64,000 nt of DNA from Oscillospiraceae bacterium (GTDB taxonomy: Bacteria > Bacillota > Clostridia > Monoglobales > Monoglobaceae): assembly GCA_015068845.1 (NCBI GenBank), contig SVJR01000004.1:10779-74778 (forward strand), written 5' to 3'. Position numbers and translations under genes: made by a program. Position 1 is the first letter of the stretch. The number at the start of each line of letters is the position of its first letter. Positions 1 through 14,763 of the stretch are shown piece after piece. The notes below the pieces were generated by a model that was not told where the DNA came from, made no database searches, and worked only from the letters and a program-made list of their open reading frames with translations.

Positions 1-688
1 TCATCTTTATGGTCTCGCCGGCACGGAGTGTTCCATCAATCACACGGACATAGGCAATTACGCCCTTGTAGCTGTCGTAGTACGAGTCGAAAATCAACGC
101 CTTGAGCGGAGCGTTTTCGTCACCCTGAGGCGGTGGAACTGCCTCAACAATTTTTTCAAGAACTTCTTCAATGTTTATTCCGTTTTTAGCGGAAATACAG
201 GGCGCAGACTGCGCCTCAATACCGATTACATCCTCAATTTCCTGCTTGACCACATCAGGCTGGGCACTGGGAAGGTCGATTTTGTTGATAACGGGAACCA
301 TCTCAAGGTCGTGTTCCAGTGCAAGATAGGTGTTTGCAAGGGTCTGCGCCTCAATTCCCTGAGCCGCGTCAACAATTAAAATTGCGCCTTCACACGCAGC
401 AAGGCTACGCGATACCTCGTAGTTGAAGTCAACATGACCTGGGGTGTCGATAAGGTTTAAGACATACTGCTGGCCGTCTTTCGCGTTATACAAAAGTCTT
501 ACCGCACGCGCTTTGATTGTTATGCCGCGCTCACGCTCAAGCTCCATATTATCGAGAATTTGTGCCTGCATCTCACGGTTTGTGAGCGCACCCGTAAGCT
601 CAAGAAGTCTGTCAGCAAGGGTTGACTTGCCGTGGTCAATATGCGCAATAATTGAAAAGTTGCGTATGTTCTTCTGGTACTCGTTCAT
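1..688 (-). CDS. lepA: Elongation factor 4 (LepA), 5' part only; the gene runs off the window start
   Basis: Reverse-strand translation from the ATG at 686-688 reads [29 protein letters not shown]...[16 protein letters not shown]...NKIDL, the typical LepA G-domain. Confidence 0.9.
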   Translation of the reverse strand, partial: MNEYQKNIRNFSIIAHIDHGKSTLADRLLELTGALTNREMQAQILDNMELERERGITIKARAVRLLYNAKDGQQYVLNLIDTPGHVDFNYEVSRSLAACEGAILIVDAAQGIEAQTLANTYLALEHDLEMVPVINKIDLPSAQPDVVKQEIEDVIGIEAQSAPCISAKNGINIEEVLEKIVEAVPPPQGDENAPLKALIFDSYYDSYKGVIAYVRVIDGTLRAGETIKM

Positions 689-735
689 TCAGATTTTCCT
701 TCCGATGTTTGTGTAGTTTTTATGAGCCCCACGGC

Positions 736-1749
736 TTATGCGTTGTAGCCGTCGGGATTCTGTTGCTGCCATCTCCAGCCGTCAGCACACATATCTTCAA
801 GAGTCTTTTTGGCAACAAAGCCAATCTCTTCCTTCGCCTTCTGCGGGTCTGCATAGCAGGCATCAATATCGCCGGGGCGACGGTCTTCAATCTTATAGGG
901 CAATTCTCTGCCGCAAGCTTTGCTGAATGCCTTTATCATATCCAGCACGCTGTAGCCCTGACCTGTACCTAGATTATAGGTAACAATGCCTGATTTTTCA
1001 GAAATCTTTTCAAGGGCACGAAGATGACCGTCAGCAAGGTCGATAACATGGATATAGTCACGAACACCTGTGCCGTCGGGGGTATCGTAGTCGTTACCGA
1101 ATACATGGATATACTCGCGCTTGCCAACCGCAACCTGTGCAATATACGGCATAAGGTTGTTTGGGATACCCTTGGGGTCTTCACCGATAAGACCGCTTTC
1201 GTGTGCGCCTACCGGATTGAAGTATCTGAGCAGCGCAATGTCCCAATCGGAGTCGGAAACTGCAAGGTCACGCAGAATTTCCTCAATCATAAGCTTGGTT
1301 CTGCCGTAGGGGTTTGTGCACTGCAGCGGGAAGTCCTCACGAATTGGAACAGTGTGAGGCTTGCCGTAAACCGTTGCCGATGAACTGAATACTAACTTTC
1401 TAACATTGTTCTCCGCCATAACCTCACAAAGGTTAACTGTGCTGAAGATGTTGTTGTGGTAGTAAGCAAGGGGTACTTGAACAGACTCGCCAACAGCCTT
1501 AAGCCCTGCAAAGTGGATTGCCGCATCGAACTTGTTCTCGGCAAAGACCTTGCGGAGAGCCTCCTTGTCAACTAAATCAACTTTATAGAATTTAAGCGAC
1601 TTACCGGTAATCTGCTGAACTCTTCTGAGCGACTCCTCGGAGCTGTTTGAAAGATTGTCAACAACTGTAACCTCATAACCTGCATTAAGCAGCTGAACGC
1701 AGGTATGACTGCCGATGTAACCGGCACCGCCTGTAACCAAAATATGCAT
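736..1749 (-). CDS. galE: UDP-glucose 4-epimerase
   Basis: 337-aa ORF starting MHILVTGGAGYIGSH (Rossmann motif), with a YxxxK-type SDR core and GalE-like length. AAGGAGG lies 7 nt upstream of the ATG. Confidence 0.9.
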   Translation of the reverse strand: MHILVTGGAGYIGSHTCVQLLNAGYEVTVVDNLSNSSEESLRRVQQITGKSLKFYKVDLVDKEALRKVFAENKFDAAIHFAGLKAVGESVQVPLAYYHNNIFSTVNLCEVMAENNVRKLVFSSSATVYGKPHTVPIREDFPLQCTNPYGRTKLMIEEILRDLAVSDSDWDIALLRYFNPVGAHESGLIGEDPKGIPNNLMPYIAQVAVGKREYIHVFGNDYDTPDGTGVRDYIHVIDLADGHLRALEKISEKSGIVTYNLGTGQGYSVLDMIKAFSKACGRELPYKIEDRRPGDIDACYADPQKAKEEIGFVAKKTLEDMCADGWRWQQQNPDGYNA

Positions 1750-1895
1750 AAATTTACCTCCTTGCGCTGCATTTGCAGCAAAGATAGTTTTTGAATTTTT
1801 ATTTTAACATATTTTTACCCGTTTTTCAAGAGTTTTACCTGTATTTGTTCTGTCTTTCAAATTCTAGTGCTGAATATGCGTTTTTGCTGCAACAC

Positions 1896-1926
1896 AAAAG
1901 CCCCAAGCCAACGGCTCAGGGCTTTT
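1896..1926 (-). terminator. Intrinsic terminator downstream of rpoC
   Basis: AAAAGCCC...GGGCTTTT hairpin followed by a T-rich run on the minus strand, just past the rpoC stop. Confidence 0.5.
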
Positions 1927-1930
1927 GTTA

Positions 1931-5455
<3,525 letters not shown>

Positions 5456-5561
5456 AATATTATCACTCGACTTTCTGCTCACAAGAATACTCAAGCTATC
5501 CGGACTTCGTTATGAGCGTCTCGGTCCGGGGTAATTCTGGATTGCTGAGGTCAGCGGAAGA

Positions 5562-8500
5562 TTAGAACTCGTCGTCTGCACCGTCAATGTCACCAAGCAA
5601 ATCATCTGCAAGGAGGTCAAATGAATCGGCGTCTTCTTCCGGTTCCTCGTCCATAACGGTATCTTCAAAGTCATAGAAGAGGTCGCTTTCATCAAGAGCG
5701 TCTGCGTCCGCTTCCTCGCCTTCGGGCTGACCGAATGTGTTTTCGGGAGCGTCCTCTGCTCTGTCGATGTTAACCTGCAAATCTTCCGGCTCGTCATCAA
5801 GGTTTTCTTTCAGGATAACCTCGTTTCCGTCAGCGTCAAGGACCTTAACATCAAGAGCAAGGCTCTGGAGTTCCTTGATAAGAACCTTAAATGATTCGGG
5901 GATACCGGGCTTGGGTATATTCTCGCCCTTAACGATTGCCTCGTAGGTCTTAACACGGCCCACAACATCATCAGACTTAACTGTAAGGATTTCCTGGAGT
6001 GTATATGCTGCACCATAAGCTTCAAGTGCCCAAACTTCCATTTCACCGAATCTCTGGCCACCGAACTGAGCTTTACCACCCAGAGGCTGCTGAGTAACAA
6101 GTGAGTAAGGACCTGTTGAGCGGGCGTGAATCTTATCGTCAACCAGATGGGCAAGCTTAAGCATATGCATATAGCCTACCGTTACGCGGTTGTCGAAGGG
6201 TTCGCCGGTACGGCCGTCATAGAGAACGGTCTTACCGTCTCTCTCGTAGCCTGCCTGCTCGAGGGCATCCATAATATCTTCCTCGTTTGCACCGTCAAAT
6301 ACGGGGGTTGCAACCTTCCAGCCAAGAGCCTTTGCCGCATAGCCAAGGTGAACCTCAAGAACCTGTCCGATGTTCATACGCGAAGGTACGCCCAGGGGGT
6401 TAAGAACAATCTGGAGAGGTGTTCCGTCGGGAAGGAAGGGCATATCTTCTTCGGGAAGAATTCTCGAAATAACACCCTTGTTACCGTGACGACCTGCCAT
6501 CTTATCGCCGACAGAAATCTTACGCTTCTGAGCGATGTAGCAGCGAACTATCTGATTTACACCGGGGGGCAGCTCGTCGCTGTTCTCACGGGTAAATACC
6601 TTAACATCAACAATAATACCATATTCGCCGTGGGGTACGCGGAGTGATGTGTCACGCACTTCACGGGCTTTTTCGCCGAAGATTGCACGGAGCAGTCTTT
6701 CCTCGGCGCTGAGTTCGGTTTCACCCTTGGGTGTAACCTTACCGACCAAGATATCGCCGCTTTCAACCTCAGCACCGATGCGGATAATACCGCGCTCGTC
6801 AAGGTCTTTCAGCGCATCTTCACCAACATTGGGGATGTCACGGGTGATTTCCTCCGGACCAAGCTTGGTATCACGGGATTCAATCTCGTATTCCTCGATG
6901 TGGATTGATGTGAGGACATCCTCTTTTACAAGGCGCTCGTTAACGAGCATAGCATCCTCGTAGTTGTAACCTTCCCATGTCATAAAGCCAATGAGAATGT
7001 TGCGGCCAAGGCCGATTTCACCGTTCTTGGTTGAAGGACCGTCGGCAATGATGTCACCGGCTTCAACTCTCTCGCCCTCTGCAACGATGGGGCGCTGGTT
7101 AATACACATACCCTGGTTTGAACGGGTGAATTTGATAAGCTTGTAACGGTCGGTTTCGCCGCTGTCTGTCTTGATTTCAATGAACTGAGCCGAAACCTTT
7201 GAAACTGTGCCGGCATTCTTCGCAAGAACACAAACACCGGAGTCTTTTGCTGCCTTGTATTCCATACCTGTACCGATAATCGGTGACTCGGGGCAAAGCA
7301 GCGGAACAGCCTGACGCTGCATGTTTGAACCCATCAGCGCACGGTTAGCATCGTCGTTTTCAAGGAACGGAATCATTGCTGTAGCAATTGATGTAACCTG
7401 TCTGGGGGATACGTCCATATAGTCAACACGGCACTTGCCGGGTTCTGCTGATACTTCAAGGAATTCATCCTTATATCTTGTAACAACTCTCTTTGCAAGG
7501 AACTCGTTGTTCTCGCCGAGAGGCTCGTTTGCCTGAGCGATATAGAGACCGTCCTCCACATCTGCTGTCATATAGTCAACGATGTCGGTAACGCGGCCTG
7601 TCTCCTTATCCACTCTGCGGTAGGGAGCTTCAATAAAGCCGTACTCATTCACCTTTGCAAAGCCGGAGAGTGAGTTGATAAGACCGATGTTAGGACCTTC
7701 AGGTGTCTCGATAGGACACATACGGCCATAGTGTGAGGAATGAACGTCACGCACTTCAAAGCCGGCTCTCTCTCTTGAAAGACCGCCAGGACCAAGGGCT
7801 GAAAGTCTTCTCTTATGAGTAAGCTCACCCAGGGGGTTAATCTGGTCCATAAACTGCGAAAGCTGTGATGAACCGAAGAATTCCTTAACAGCCGAGGTCA
7901 CGGGACGGATATTGATAAGAGTCTGGGGTGTGATTGAATCGAGATCCTGAGTGGACATTCTTTCACGCACAACTCTCTCCATTCTTGAAAGACCGATTCT
8001 GAACTGGTTCTGGAGAAGCTCGCCAACGGATCTCAGACGACGGTTGCCCAGGTGGTCGATATCATCAACTGCACCGAGGCCTGCTGCCAGGTTGCCTACA
8101 TAAGAGATAGAAGCAATAATATCGTCAATAACAATGTGACGGGGGATAAGCTCGTCACGGCGTTCACGGAGCGCCGCCTTGAATTCGTCGGAATTCATAT
8201 CGGGGAACTCTGCGATAATTTCTTTAAGAACGCTGTAACGGACTTTCTCGTTAATTTCATAGTCGCGGGGGTTGTAATCAACCAAGTCGCGCATATCAAC
8301 CATGCCGTTTGAAAGGACATTGGTTGTATGCTCGTCGTCAACCTTGATGATAACCTTGCTGATATCAGCAACCTCAAGAGCACGAGCCATTTCCTTGGTA
8401 ATGGTCTCGCCTGCGGCAACAATCAGCTCACCTGTTTCGGGGTCAACAAGGTTCTCGGCTGAAACCTGTCCGACAATTCTGCCTGCCAGCTCCAGCTTTT

Positions 8501-9326
8501 TATTGAACTTATAACGGCCTACACGGGCAAGGTCATATCTCTTAGGATCAAAGAAGAGGTTTGTAATAAGAGACTTTGAACTTTCGATTGTAGGCGGCTC
8601 GCCCGGACGGAGCTTGCGGTAAATTTCAAGCAGACCTTCCTCATAGGTTTTGGTTGTGTCCTTTTCCATTGTGCGGAGAATTCTTTCGTCATCGCCGAAT
8701 AAATCCCTGATTTCGGTATCTGTGCCGAAGCCGAGGGCACGGATAAGAACGGTGATGGGAGTTTTTCTCATCTTATCAATCTTTACATGGAAAAGGTCGT
8801 TACTGTCGGTTTCGTACTCAAGCCATGCACCGCGGTTCGGGATAACCTGAGATGAGAACAGCTTTTTGCCGATTTTATCGAACTTCTCGGCAAAGTACAC
8901 CGAAGGCGCACGCACCAGCTGGCTGACGATAACACGCTCAGCACCGTTTATGATAAAGGTACCTGACGGGGTCATAATCGGGAAATCACCCATAAAGATT
9001 TCCTGCTCCTTAACCTCGCCGGTTTCTTTGTTGATGAGTCTTACCTTAACTCTGAGGGGAGCGGCATACGTTGCATCCCTCTCCTTGCATTCCTCAATGT
9101 CGTACTTGGGGTTCATATCAATTCTGTAATCAATGAATTCCAGAATGAGATTTCCCGCATAGTCCATAATAGGTGACACGTCGTGGAAGACTTCTTTCAA
9201 CCCTTCGTGCAAAAACCACTCGTATGAATTTTTCTGGATTTCGATAAGGTTAGGCATATCAATGACTTCTCTTATCTTGCCGTAGCTCATTCGGGTGTTT
9301 CTGCCAAGCTTCACCGGATGTACCAT
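5562..9326 (-). CDS. rpoB: DNA-directed RNA polymerase subunit beta, with an acidic C-terminal tail
   Basis: Conserved beta motifs are present ([31 protein letters not shown]). The start is placed at MVHPVKLG (9326), with GAGGTGA 9 nt upstream. The ORF is open up to 9404. Confidence 0.95.
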   Translation of the reverse strand: MVHPVKLGRNTRMSYGKIREVIDMPNLIEIQKNSYEWFLHEGLKEVFHDVSPIMDYAGNLILEFIDYRIDMNPKYDIEECKERDATYAAPLRVKVRLINKETGEVKEQEIFMGDFPIMTPSGTFIINGAERVIVSQLVRAPSVYFAEKFDKIGKKLFSSQVIPNRGAWLEYETDSNDLFHVKIDKMRKTPITVLIRALGFGTDTEIRDLFGDDERILRTMEKDTTKTYEEGLLEIYRKLRPGEPPTIESSKSLITNLFFDPKRYDLARVGRYKFNKKLELAGRIVGQVSAENLVDPETGELIVAAGETITKEMARALEVADISKVIIKVDDEHTTNVLSNGMVDMRDLVDYNPRDYEINEKVRYSVLKEIIAEFPDMNSDEFKAALRERRDELIPRHIVIDDIIASISYVGNLAAGLGAVDDIDHLGNRRLRSVGELLQNQFRIGLSRMERVVRERMSTQDLDSITPQTLINIRPVTSAVKEFFGSSQLSQFMDQINPLGELTHKRRLSALGPGGLSRERAGFEVRDVHSSHYGRMCPIETPEGPNIGLINSLSGFAKVNEYGFIEAPYRRVDKETGRVTDIVDYMTADVEDGLYIAQANEPLGENNEFLAKRVVTRYKDEFLEVSAEPGKCRVDYMDVSPRQVTSIATAMIPFLENDDANRALMGSNMQRQAVPLLCPESPIIGTGMEYKAAKDSGVCVLAKNAGTVSKVSAQFIEIKTDSGETDRYKLIKFTRSNQGMCINQRPIVAEGERVEAGDIIADGPSTKNGEIGLGRNILIGFMTWEGYNYEDAMLVNERLVKEDVLTSIHIEEYEIESRDTKLGPEEITRDIPNVGEDALKDLDERGIIRIGAEVESGDILVGKVTPKGETELSAEERLLRAIFGEKAREVRDTSLRVPHGEYGIIVDVKVFTRENSDELPPGVNQIVRCYIAQKRKISVGDKMAGRHGNKGVISRILPEEDMPFLPDGTPLQIVLNPLGVPSRMNIGQVLEVHLGYAAKALGWKVATPVFDGANEEDIMDALEQAGYERDGKTVLYDGRTGEPFDNRVTVGYMHMLKLAHLVDDKIHARSTGPYSLVTQQPLGGKAQFGGQRFGEMEVWALEAYGAAYTLQEILTVKSDDVVGRVKTYEAIVKGENIPKPGIPESFKVLIKELQSLALDVKVLDADGNEVILKENLDDEPEDLQVNIDRAEDAPENTFGQPEGEEADADALDESDLFYDFEDTVMDEEPEEDADSFDLLADDLLGDIDGADDEF

Positions 9327-9695
9327 AAAATCAATCACCTCTTCGTAAATTTTGTGGCGCGCCGCAAAGGCCGCCGTTTGTATGCTAAATAAGTAAAAAA
9401 GCACAACATATAGTGGTAATTTTTGAGAATTTCATAAATTTTCACAAAAAATATTTTAAAGAACTATTGCATTTTCAGAAAGTGTGTGCTATACTGAAAA
9501 CACGGTAAAAAATACAGGTAAAAATCGAAAATTCGCAAAAAGGTGCACTATAATAGATAGCCATTATATCATACGATTTGGGCTTTGTCAATGCATTTTG
9601 CGAAATTTTATTTATTTTTTAAAAGAGTGTTGAAGGGCATCAGATTAGTTTTCGGTCTGGTGCCGATTTTTTTGCAGAGAAAGGACATCGGATTT

Positions 9696-10568
9696 ATGAA
9701 GCTGACAAATCCTTCCGAACTGAAAGCCGTTATTGAGCGTCACGGTTTTTCGTTTACCAAAAGTCTGGGACAGAACTTCCTGATTGACGAGAATATATTG
9801 AATAAAATAATCGAAGGCTCCGGAATTGACAAAGGCTGGGGAGCGCTTGAAATCGGGCCCGGTGCAGGAACCCTCACCCGTGAGCTTGCAGCAAATGCCG
9901 ACAAGGCGGTTGCGATTGAGATTGACAAAAAACTTATCCCCTTGCTTTCGGACACTCTTTCAGAGTTCGACAATGTGGAGGTTATCAACGAAGATGTAAT
10001 GAAGGTTGACCTCAAATCACTTATTGCCGAAAAATTCGGGGATATGCCGGTTGCAGTTGTGGCAAACTTACCTTATTATATAACAACCCCGATAATTATG
10101 GGCTTTCTGGAAAACAAAGTTCCCGTCAAATCCCTGACGGTAATGATACAAAAAGAAGTTGCCGAGCGTATGGTTGCAAGCCCCGGCGGCAAGGACTACG
10201 GAGCACTGTCGGCGGCGGTGCAGTTCTACACCGAGCCAAAGCTTGTGTGCCGTGCAGAACCCCATTGCTTTATGCCGCAGCCAAAGGTTGCGTCGGTGGT
10301 TATCCGGCTTGAGGTACTGGAAAAGCCGAGGATCGAGGTCAAAGACCCCAAATTTATGTTTGCGGTGATAAAATCCGCATTCGGTCAAAGACGAAAGACC
10401 TTGGTTAACGCTCTGTCGAAAAGTCCCTACATTAATATAGGAAAAGATTTAATAATTGAAGTTCTTGAAGCTTTGGGTATTGACCCCAACATTCGGGGCG
10501 AAAAGCTTGGGCTTGAGGAATTTGCAAAAATATCAGATTTACTGGAGGAAAGACACAATGACAAGTAA
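9696..10568 (+). CDS. rsmA: 16S rRNA (adenine1518/1519-N6)-dimethyltransferase
   Basis: KSLGQNFLID and EIGPGAGTLT SAM-binding motifs. The start is the ATG at 9696 (MKLTNPSELK). The longer ORF from 9585 is hydrophobic junk. Confidence 0.9.
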   Translation: MKLTNPSELKAVIERHGFSFTKSLGQNFLIDENILNKIIEGSGIDKGWGALEIGPGAGTLTRELAANADKAVAIEIDKKLIPLLSDTLSEFDNVEVINEDVMKVDLKSLIAEKFGDMPVAVVANLPYYITTPIIMGFLENKVPVKSLTVMIQKEVAERMVASPGGKDYGALSAAVQFYTEPKLVCRAEPHCFMPQPKVASVVIRLEVLEKPRIEVKDPKFMFAVIKSAFGQRRKTLVNALSKSPYINIGKDLIIEVLEALGIDPNIRGEKLGLEEFAKISDLLEERHNDK

Positions 10569-10839
10569 AGAAAGAGCATATTTAAAGAGTCTGGCGGCTA
10601 ATGTTCCGTCGCTTTATCAGGTAGGCAAGGACGGCATAACCGAAAATGTCGTAAAGACCATAGACGATGCACTTGCAGCACGGGAGCTTATCAAGGGCCA
10701 TGTTCTTGAAAACTCAATGCTTGGCGTGCGTGAGGTTGCCCAAGAGCTTGCGGCAAAAACCGCATCACAGGTTGTTATCTGTATCGGCAGTAAGTTTGTT
10801 CTCTACCGCCGCTCGAAAAAGAACCTTTGCGAAATGTAA
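10558..10839 (+). CDS. yhbY: YhbY-family (CRM-domain) RNA-binding protein
   Basis: MTSKERAYLKSLAANVPSLYQVGKDGITENVVKTIDDALAARELIKG matches the YhbY pattern. The gene overlaps the rsmA stop by 11 nt. Confidence 0.8.
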   Translation: MTSKERAYLKSLAANVPSLYQVGKDGITENVVKTIDDALAARELIKGHVLENSMLGVREVAQELAAKTASQVVICIGSKFVLYRRSKKNLCEM

Positions 10840-10953
10840 ACTTTTTGTTGCTATGCTGACAGATTATTGACTTTTAACTAAAATCTATATATAATTTAGG
10901 TAAAAATTCAGTTTTTTGAATTGCAAATCAAAAAGAAAGGCAAATGATTTCAA

Positions 10954-11925
10954 TTGGATATATTTACAAAAAAAGGCAAAATTATACTTTCTATAGTATG
11001 CACCTTCTGTATGCTGTTTGCAACGGTGAGCGGTGTTATCTCGGCGAAGTGGGTTACAAACCTTTATCTGGGCGAGGAAATCCTGCTCGACTCCCTTGAC
11101 AAGCAGTCGGACGGTGTAGGTATGGTGAACATACTTCTCCTCGGCGTGGACGAGGGCGGTATGCGCAGCGATACCATTATGCTCGCCAGCCTTAACGGGC
11201 GTACCGGCAAGCTGAGTGTGCTGTCAATCCCCCGTGACACCAGAGTCCGTGTAGGTAATTATTACCAGAAAATCAATGCAGCAATCGGTATCGGCGCACA
11301 AGAGGTCAGAAAGGGCAATATCAAAGAGCCTGAGGAGCTGACCGTTCAGAAGGTAAAGCTTTTGACAGGGCTGCCCATACACTACTTTATGAGTATTGAC
11401 TTTGACGGCTTTAAGGAAGTTATTGACGCCCTCGGCGGAGTTGAATTTGAGGTTCCATTCCGTATGAAGTACGACGACCCGGTGCAGAATCTGCACATAG
11501 ACCTCCAGCCCGGACTTCAGGTGCTGGACGGTGAGGCCGCTCACGATTTTGTCAGATTCCGTAAGGGCAACGCCGGCTACCCCGGCTACGCTATGGGCGA
11601 CCTTGGCAGAATTGAGGCACAGCAAGCGTTTATTAAGGCACTTATCCAGCAAAAGGTAAATGCCAAGTATTTGCTGAAGACAGACGAGCTGTTTGATGTT
11701 GTGGTGCGCAATGTCCGTACCAACTACACCGCAAAAGACCTTGTACGGCATCTGGGCGCCATCAGCAAGGTTGACTCCGACCTGATGACTATGTATCAGC
11801 TGCCCGGCTCGGCGCAGACCATCAGCGGAGTTTCGTACTTCCTGTGCGACGACCGTGCAACTCAGGAGCTGGTTGAAACGGTATTTAACCCCTCAACCGA
11901 CGGGGACAATAATAACAATGAATAA
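10954..11925 (+). CDS. LytR-CpsA-Psr (LCP) family cell-wall polymer ligase
   Basis: N-terminal TM helix, then LLLGVDEGGMRSDTIMLASL...LSIPRDT, the LCP core. The ORF-track start at 10954 is a TTG. An ATG at 11011 is an alternative start. Confidence 0.85.
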   Translation: MDIFTKKGKIILSIVCTFCMLFATVSGVISAKWVTNLYLGEEILLDSLDKQSDGVGMVNILLLGVDEGGMRSDTIMLASLNGRTGKLSVLSIPRDTRVRVGNYYQKINAAIGIGAQEVRKGNIKEPEELTVQKVKLLTGLPIHYFMSIDFDGFKEVIDALGGVEFEVPFRMKYDDPVQNLHIDLQPGLQVLDGEAAHDFVRFRKGNAGYPGYAMGDLGRIEAQQAFIKALIQQKVNAKYLLKTDELFDVVVRNVRTNYTAKDLVRHLGAISKVDSDLMTMYQLPGSAQTISGVSYFLCDDRATQELVETVFNPSTDGDNNNNE

Positions 11926-11942
11926 TGTAAAGGACACGAATT

Positions 11943-14231
11943 ATGAGAGTTTTAATGGCTACCATGCAGCTTGATATAGGGGGCGCGGAAACTCATATTG
12001 TTGAGCTTTCAAAGGCCCTTGCAAGACGAGGAATTGAGGTTTTTGTTGCCTCCAACGGCGGAGCATATGTAAAGGAGCTTGAGGATGCGGGAATTCCCCA
12101 CTTCAAGGTTGCGCTTAACCGCAAAACCCCGGCATCAATGTATTCCGCATACAAGGCACTTAAAAAGATTATCTTTGAAAATAAAATTGATGTGGTACAC
12201 GCTCACGCCCGTATTCCCGGATTTTTGTGCGGACTTCTGGCGAAGCGTTACAACCTGCGGTTTGTGACAACCGCCCACTGGGTATTTGACACCAGATTTC
12301 CGCTTAATCTGCTTACCAACTGGGGTTCACGAAGCCTTGCGGTCAGTGATGATATCAAGCAGTACCTGATTGATAATTACGGCTGCAACGCCGATAATAT
12401 CCGTGTTACCATAAACGGCGTTGACACCGCAAAATTCTCGGACAGTATCGACTACTCCGACATTGCACAGGAATTTGATTTTCAAAAGGACGCAACCCGC
12501 ATTGTGTATGTCAGCCGTATGGACACCGACCGCAGCTTTGCAGCACACAAGCTGATTGAAGCAATGCCCGTTTTGTGCGACAACATCAAAAATCTTGAGA
12601 CGGTAATCGTAGGCGGTGGTAACGACTTTGAAAAAATCAATGCTGAAGCCGAGGAAATGAACAGAATTTTAAAACGCCGTGCCATCATTGTTACCGGCGG
12701 CAGAACCGACATAAACAAGTTTGCGGCGTCAGGCGATGTTTTCGTGGGCGTAAGCCGTGCAGCACTTGAGGCAATGGCTTGCAAGAAGCCTGCCATTATC
12801 GCCGGCAACGAGGGATATATCGGAATATTTGACGAAAGCAAGCTTGCAGTTTCAATTGACACCAACTTCTGTTGCCGCGGCTGTGGCGACACCACCACAG
12901 AGAAATTGACAGCGGACCTTCTGGCACTTCTCGGCGATGACAAGGTGCAATACCGCAAGGCTTTAGGCGAATATTCACTTGAAACAGTCAAAAAATATTA
13001 CTCGGTTGAGACAATGGCGAGCGATGCTCTCAAAATGTATATTTCCGAAATTAAGGACAGCAAAATCAACAAGGTAGACGATGCCGCAGAGCTCGCAGAT
13101 ATTGAAAAGTATCTTATCCACGGCAACAGCCCAAGGGACATTGACATAATGGTTTCAGGCTATTACGGGTTCCATAACAGCGGCGATGATTCTATTCTTG
13201 ACGCAATGATTAAGGATTTGCGTGCTGCTGTTCCCAACGCCAACATCATAGTAATGTCAAAATCCCCTAGGGAAACCGCAAATGAATACAACGTCAGCAC
13301 CGTTGACCGTTTTGACTTTGTTGCAATCTGGAATCTCCTTAAAAAGACCCGCCTTCTGATAAGCGGCGGCGGCAGTCTTATTCAGGATGTAACCAGCTCA
13401 CTTTCTCTTTACTACTACCTTTCAATCATCAGTATGGCAAGGTCGCGAGGCGCAAAGGTTATGCTTTATGCTAACGGAATAGGTCCTCTGACAAAAAAAT
13501 ACAATCTGCCGTTTGTGAAGAATACCCTCAAAAAGGTTGATTGCGTAACACTTCGTGATAAGGATTCAAAGACTGAGCTTTTGAAGCTTCTCCCCCAACT
13601 GACAAGTGCTCAGGTTACAGCCGACCCGGTATTCACCGCAGAGGCCGAGCAGGATGAGGCTGTAGACAAGGCACTCGGCCGTGCCGGAATTGATGGCGAT
13701 AAGAAGTTCTTTGTAGTGTCTGTCCGTGACTGGGAGGATATGGACCCCGATGTGGACGAGAAGATTGCACAATTTGGCGATTATGTATACGAAAAGCACG
13801 GAATTATGCCGTTTATAATTCCGCTTCAGAGCCGTTTTGACAAGGATATTTCAGAGGAGATCGAGGTTCTTACAACCGTACCCCACGGATTATCCCGAAA
13901 CGGCTATGCCCCCGAACTTCTGATGGGAATTATCGGCCGTGCCGAGTTTGTTGTGGGAATGCGGCTCCACAGCCTGATTTACGCCGCAAAGATGGGTATA
14001 CCTTCCATTGCCCTTGATTACGACCCCAAGGTTGAAGCCGCAATGAAGTCTATCGGGCTTGACTATTCACTCAAAGTTGGCAATATTGACAAGGACAAGC
14101 TTTGCCAATTTGCCGACGAGATTGTTGAAAACCGTGAAAGCCTTTGCAAAGCCCTTCGCAAGAAGAGCCAAGCCCTCCGCGAGCTTGCAAAGAGCAACAC
14201 CGAGGCGGCAGTGGAGCTTTTGAAAAAGTAA
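11943..14231 (+). CDS. Fusion protein: N-terminal GT4 glycosyltransferase and C-terminal CsaB-type polysaccharide pyruvyl transferase
   Basis: The N-terminus (QLDIGGAETHIVELSKAL...) is GT4-like. From about 13136 the sequence IMVSGYYGFHNSGDDSILDAMI...LISGGGSLIQDVTS is CsaB/PS_pyruv_trans-like. Both lie in one continuous 762-aa ORF. Confidence 0.8.
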   Translation: MRVLMATMQLDIGGAETHIVELSKALARRGIEVFVASNGGAYVKELEDAGIPHFKVALNRKTPASMYSAYKALKKIIFENKIDVVHAHARIPGFLCGLLAKRYNLRFVTTAHWVFDTRFPLNLLTNWGSRSLAVSDDIKQYLIDNYGCNADNIRVTINGVDTAKFSDSIDYSDIAQEFDFQKDATRIVYVSRMDTDRSFAAHKLIEAMPVLCDNIKNLETVIVGGGNDFEKINAEAEEMNRILKRRAIIVTGGRTDINKFAASGDVFVGVSRAALEAMACKKPAIIAGNEGYIGIFDESKLAVSIDTNFCCRGCGDTTTEKLTADLLALLGDDKVQYRKALGEYSLETVKKYYSVETMASDALKMYISEIKDSKINKVDDAAELADIEKYLIHGNSPRDIDIMVSGYYGFHNSGDDSILDAMIKDLRAAVPNANIIVMSKSPRETANEYNVSTVDRFDFVAIWNLLKKTRLLISGGGSLIQDVTSSLSLYYYLSIISMARSRGAKVMLYANGIGPLTKKYNLPFVKNTLKKVDCVTLRDKDSKTELLKLLPQLTSAQVTADPVFTAEAEQDEAVDKALGRAGIDGDKKFFVVSVRDWEDMDPDVDEKIAQFGDYVYEKHGIMPFIIPLQSRFDKDISEEIEVLTTVPHGLSRNGYAPELLMGIIGRAEFVVGMRLHSLIYAAKMGIPSIALDYDPKVEAAMKSIGLDYSLKVGNIDKDKLCQFADEIVENRESLCKALRKKSQALRELAKSNTEAAVELLKK

Positions 14232-14233
14232 AC

Positions 14234-14269
14234 AAAAAAACACATAACCTTTCGGTTATGTGTTTTTTT
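14234..14269. terminator. Bidirectional terminator between the GT4::CsaB gene and spoVG
   Basis: AAAAAAACACATAACC-TTTC-GGTTATGTGTTTTTTT, a perfect hairpin flanked by an A-run and a T-run. Confidence 0.6.
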
Positions 14270-14290
14270 AGAAATACTGCCTGATATAAA

Positions 14291-14563
14291 TTATTCCTCA
14301 ACCAGTTCATTAAGGGATTCTTCGTATTTTGCAAGAATCATTTCCTGAAGCTGTTCTCTCATTTCAGCATTGATGGGATGAGCGATATCCTTGAATTCGC
14401 CATCGGGAGTTTTTCTGCTGGGCATAGCGATAAAGAGCTTTTCCTGACCTTCGATAACCTTGATGTCATGAACAACAAAGCAATCGTCGAAGGTAACTGA
14501 AACAACAGCCTTCATTCTGCCCTCTGCGTTGATTTTTCTCACTTTAATATCAGTGATTTGCAT
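14291..14563 (-). CDS. spoVG: Septation/sporulation regulator SpoVG
   Basis: [51 protein letters not shown] is the canonical SpoVG sequence. Confidence 0.95.
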   Translation of the reverse strand: MQITDIKVRKINAEGRMKAVVSVTFDDCFVVHDIKVIEGQEKLFIAMPSRKTPDGEFKDIAHPINAEMREQLQEMILAKYEESLNELVEE

Positions 14564-14763
14564 AAGTGTTGCACCGCCTTCTGCCGGAAATTTCGCCGGC
14601 TTGATTATTATATGTATATATAATTAATAATTTTGCATAAAAAGTTTTTAAAAATAATATAATACCAATATTGATAATTTTTCCAATATGTAGTACAATA
14701 TTAAAGAAATAGATTGCAGAAATGCACCGACATAGATGAAATTATTCCAAGGAGTGAACCACA

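Noticed and set aside
9327-9404. Longer N-terminal extensions of several track ORFs: rpoB to 9404, rsmA from 9585, phoH to 29422, the carboxypeptidase gene to 33534, era to 27777, the SIS gene to 50096 and the glycosyltransferase genes from 40694 and 41472
   Set aside because: In each case an internal ATG with a clear Shine-Dalgarno sequence coincides with the conserved N-terminus of the family. The extension is hydrophobic or low-complexity, or it runs through repeats or the preceding gene.
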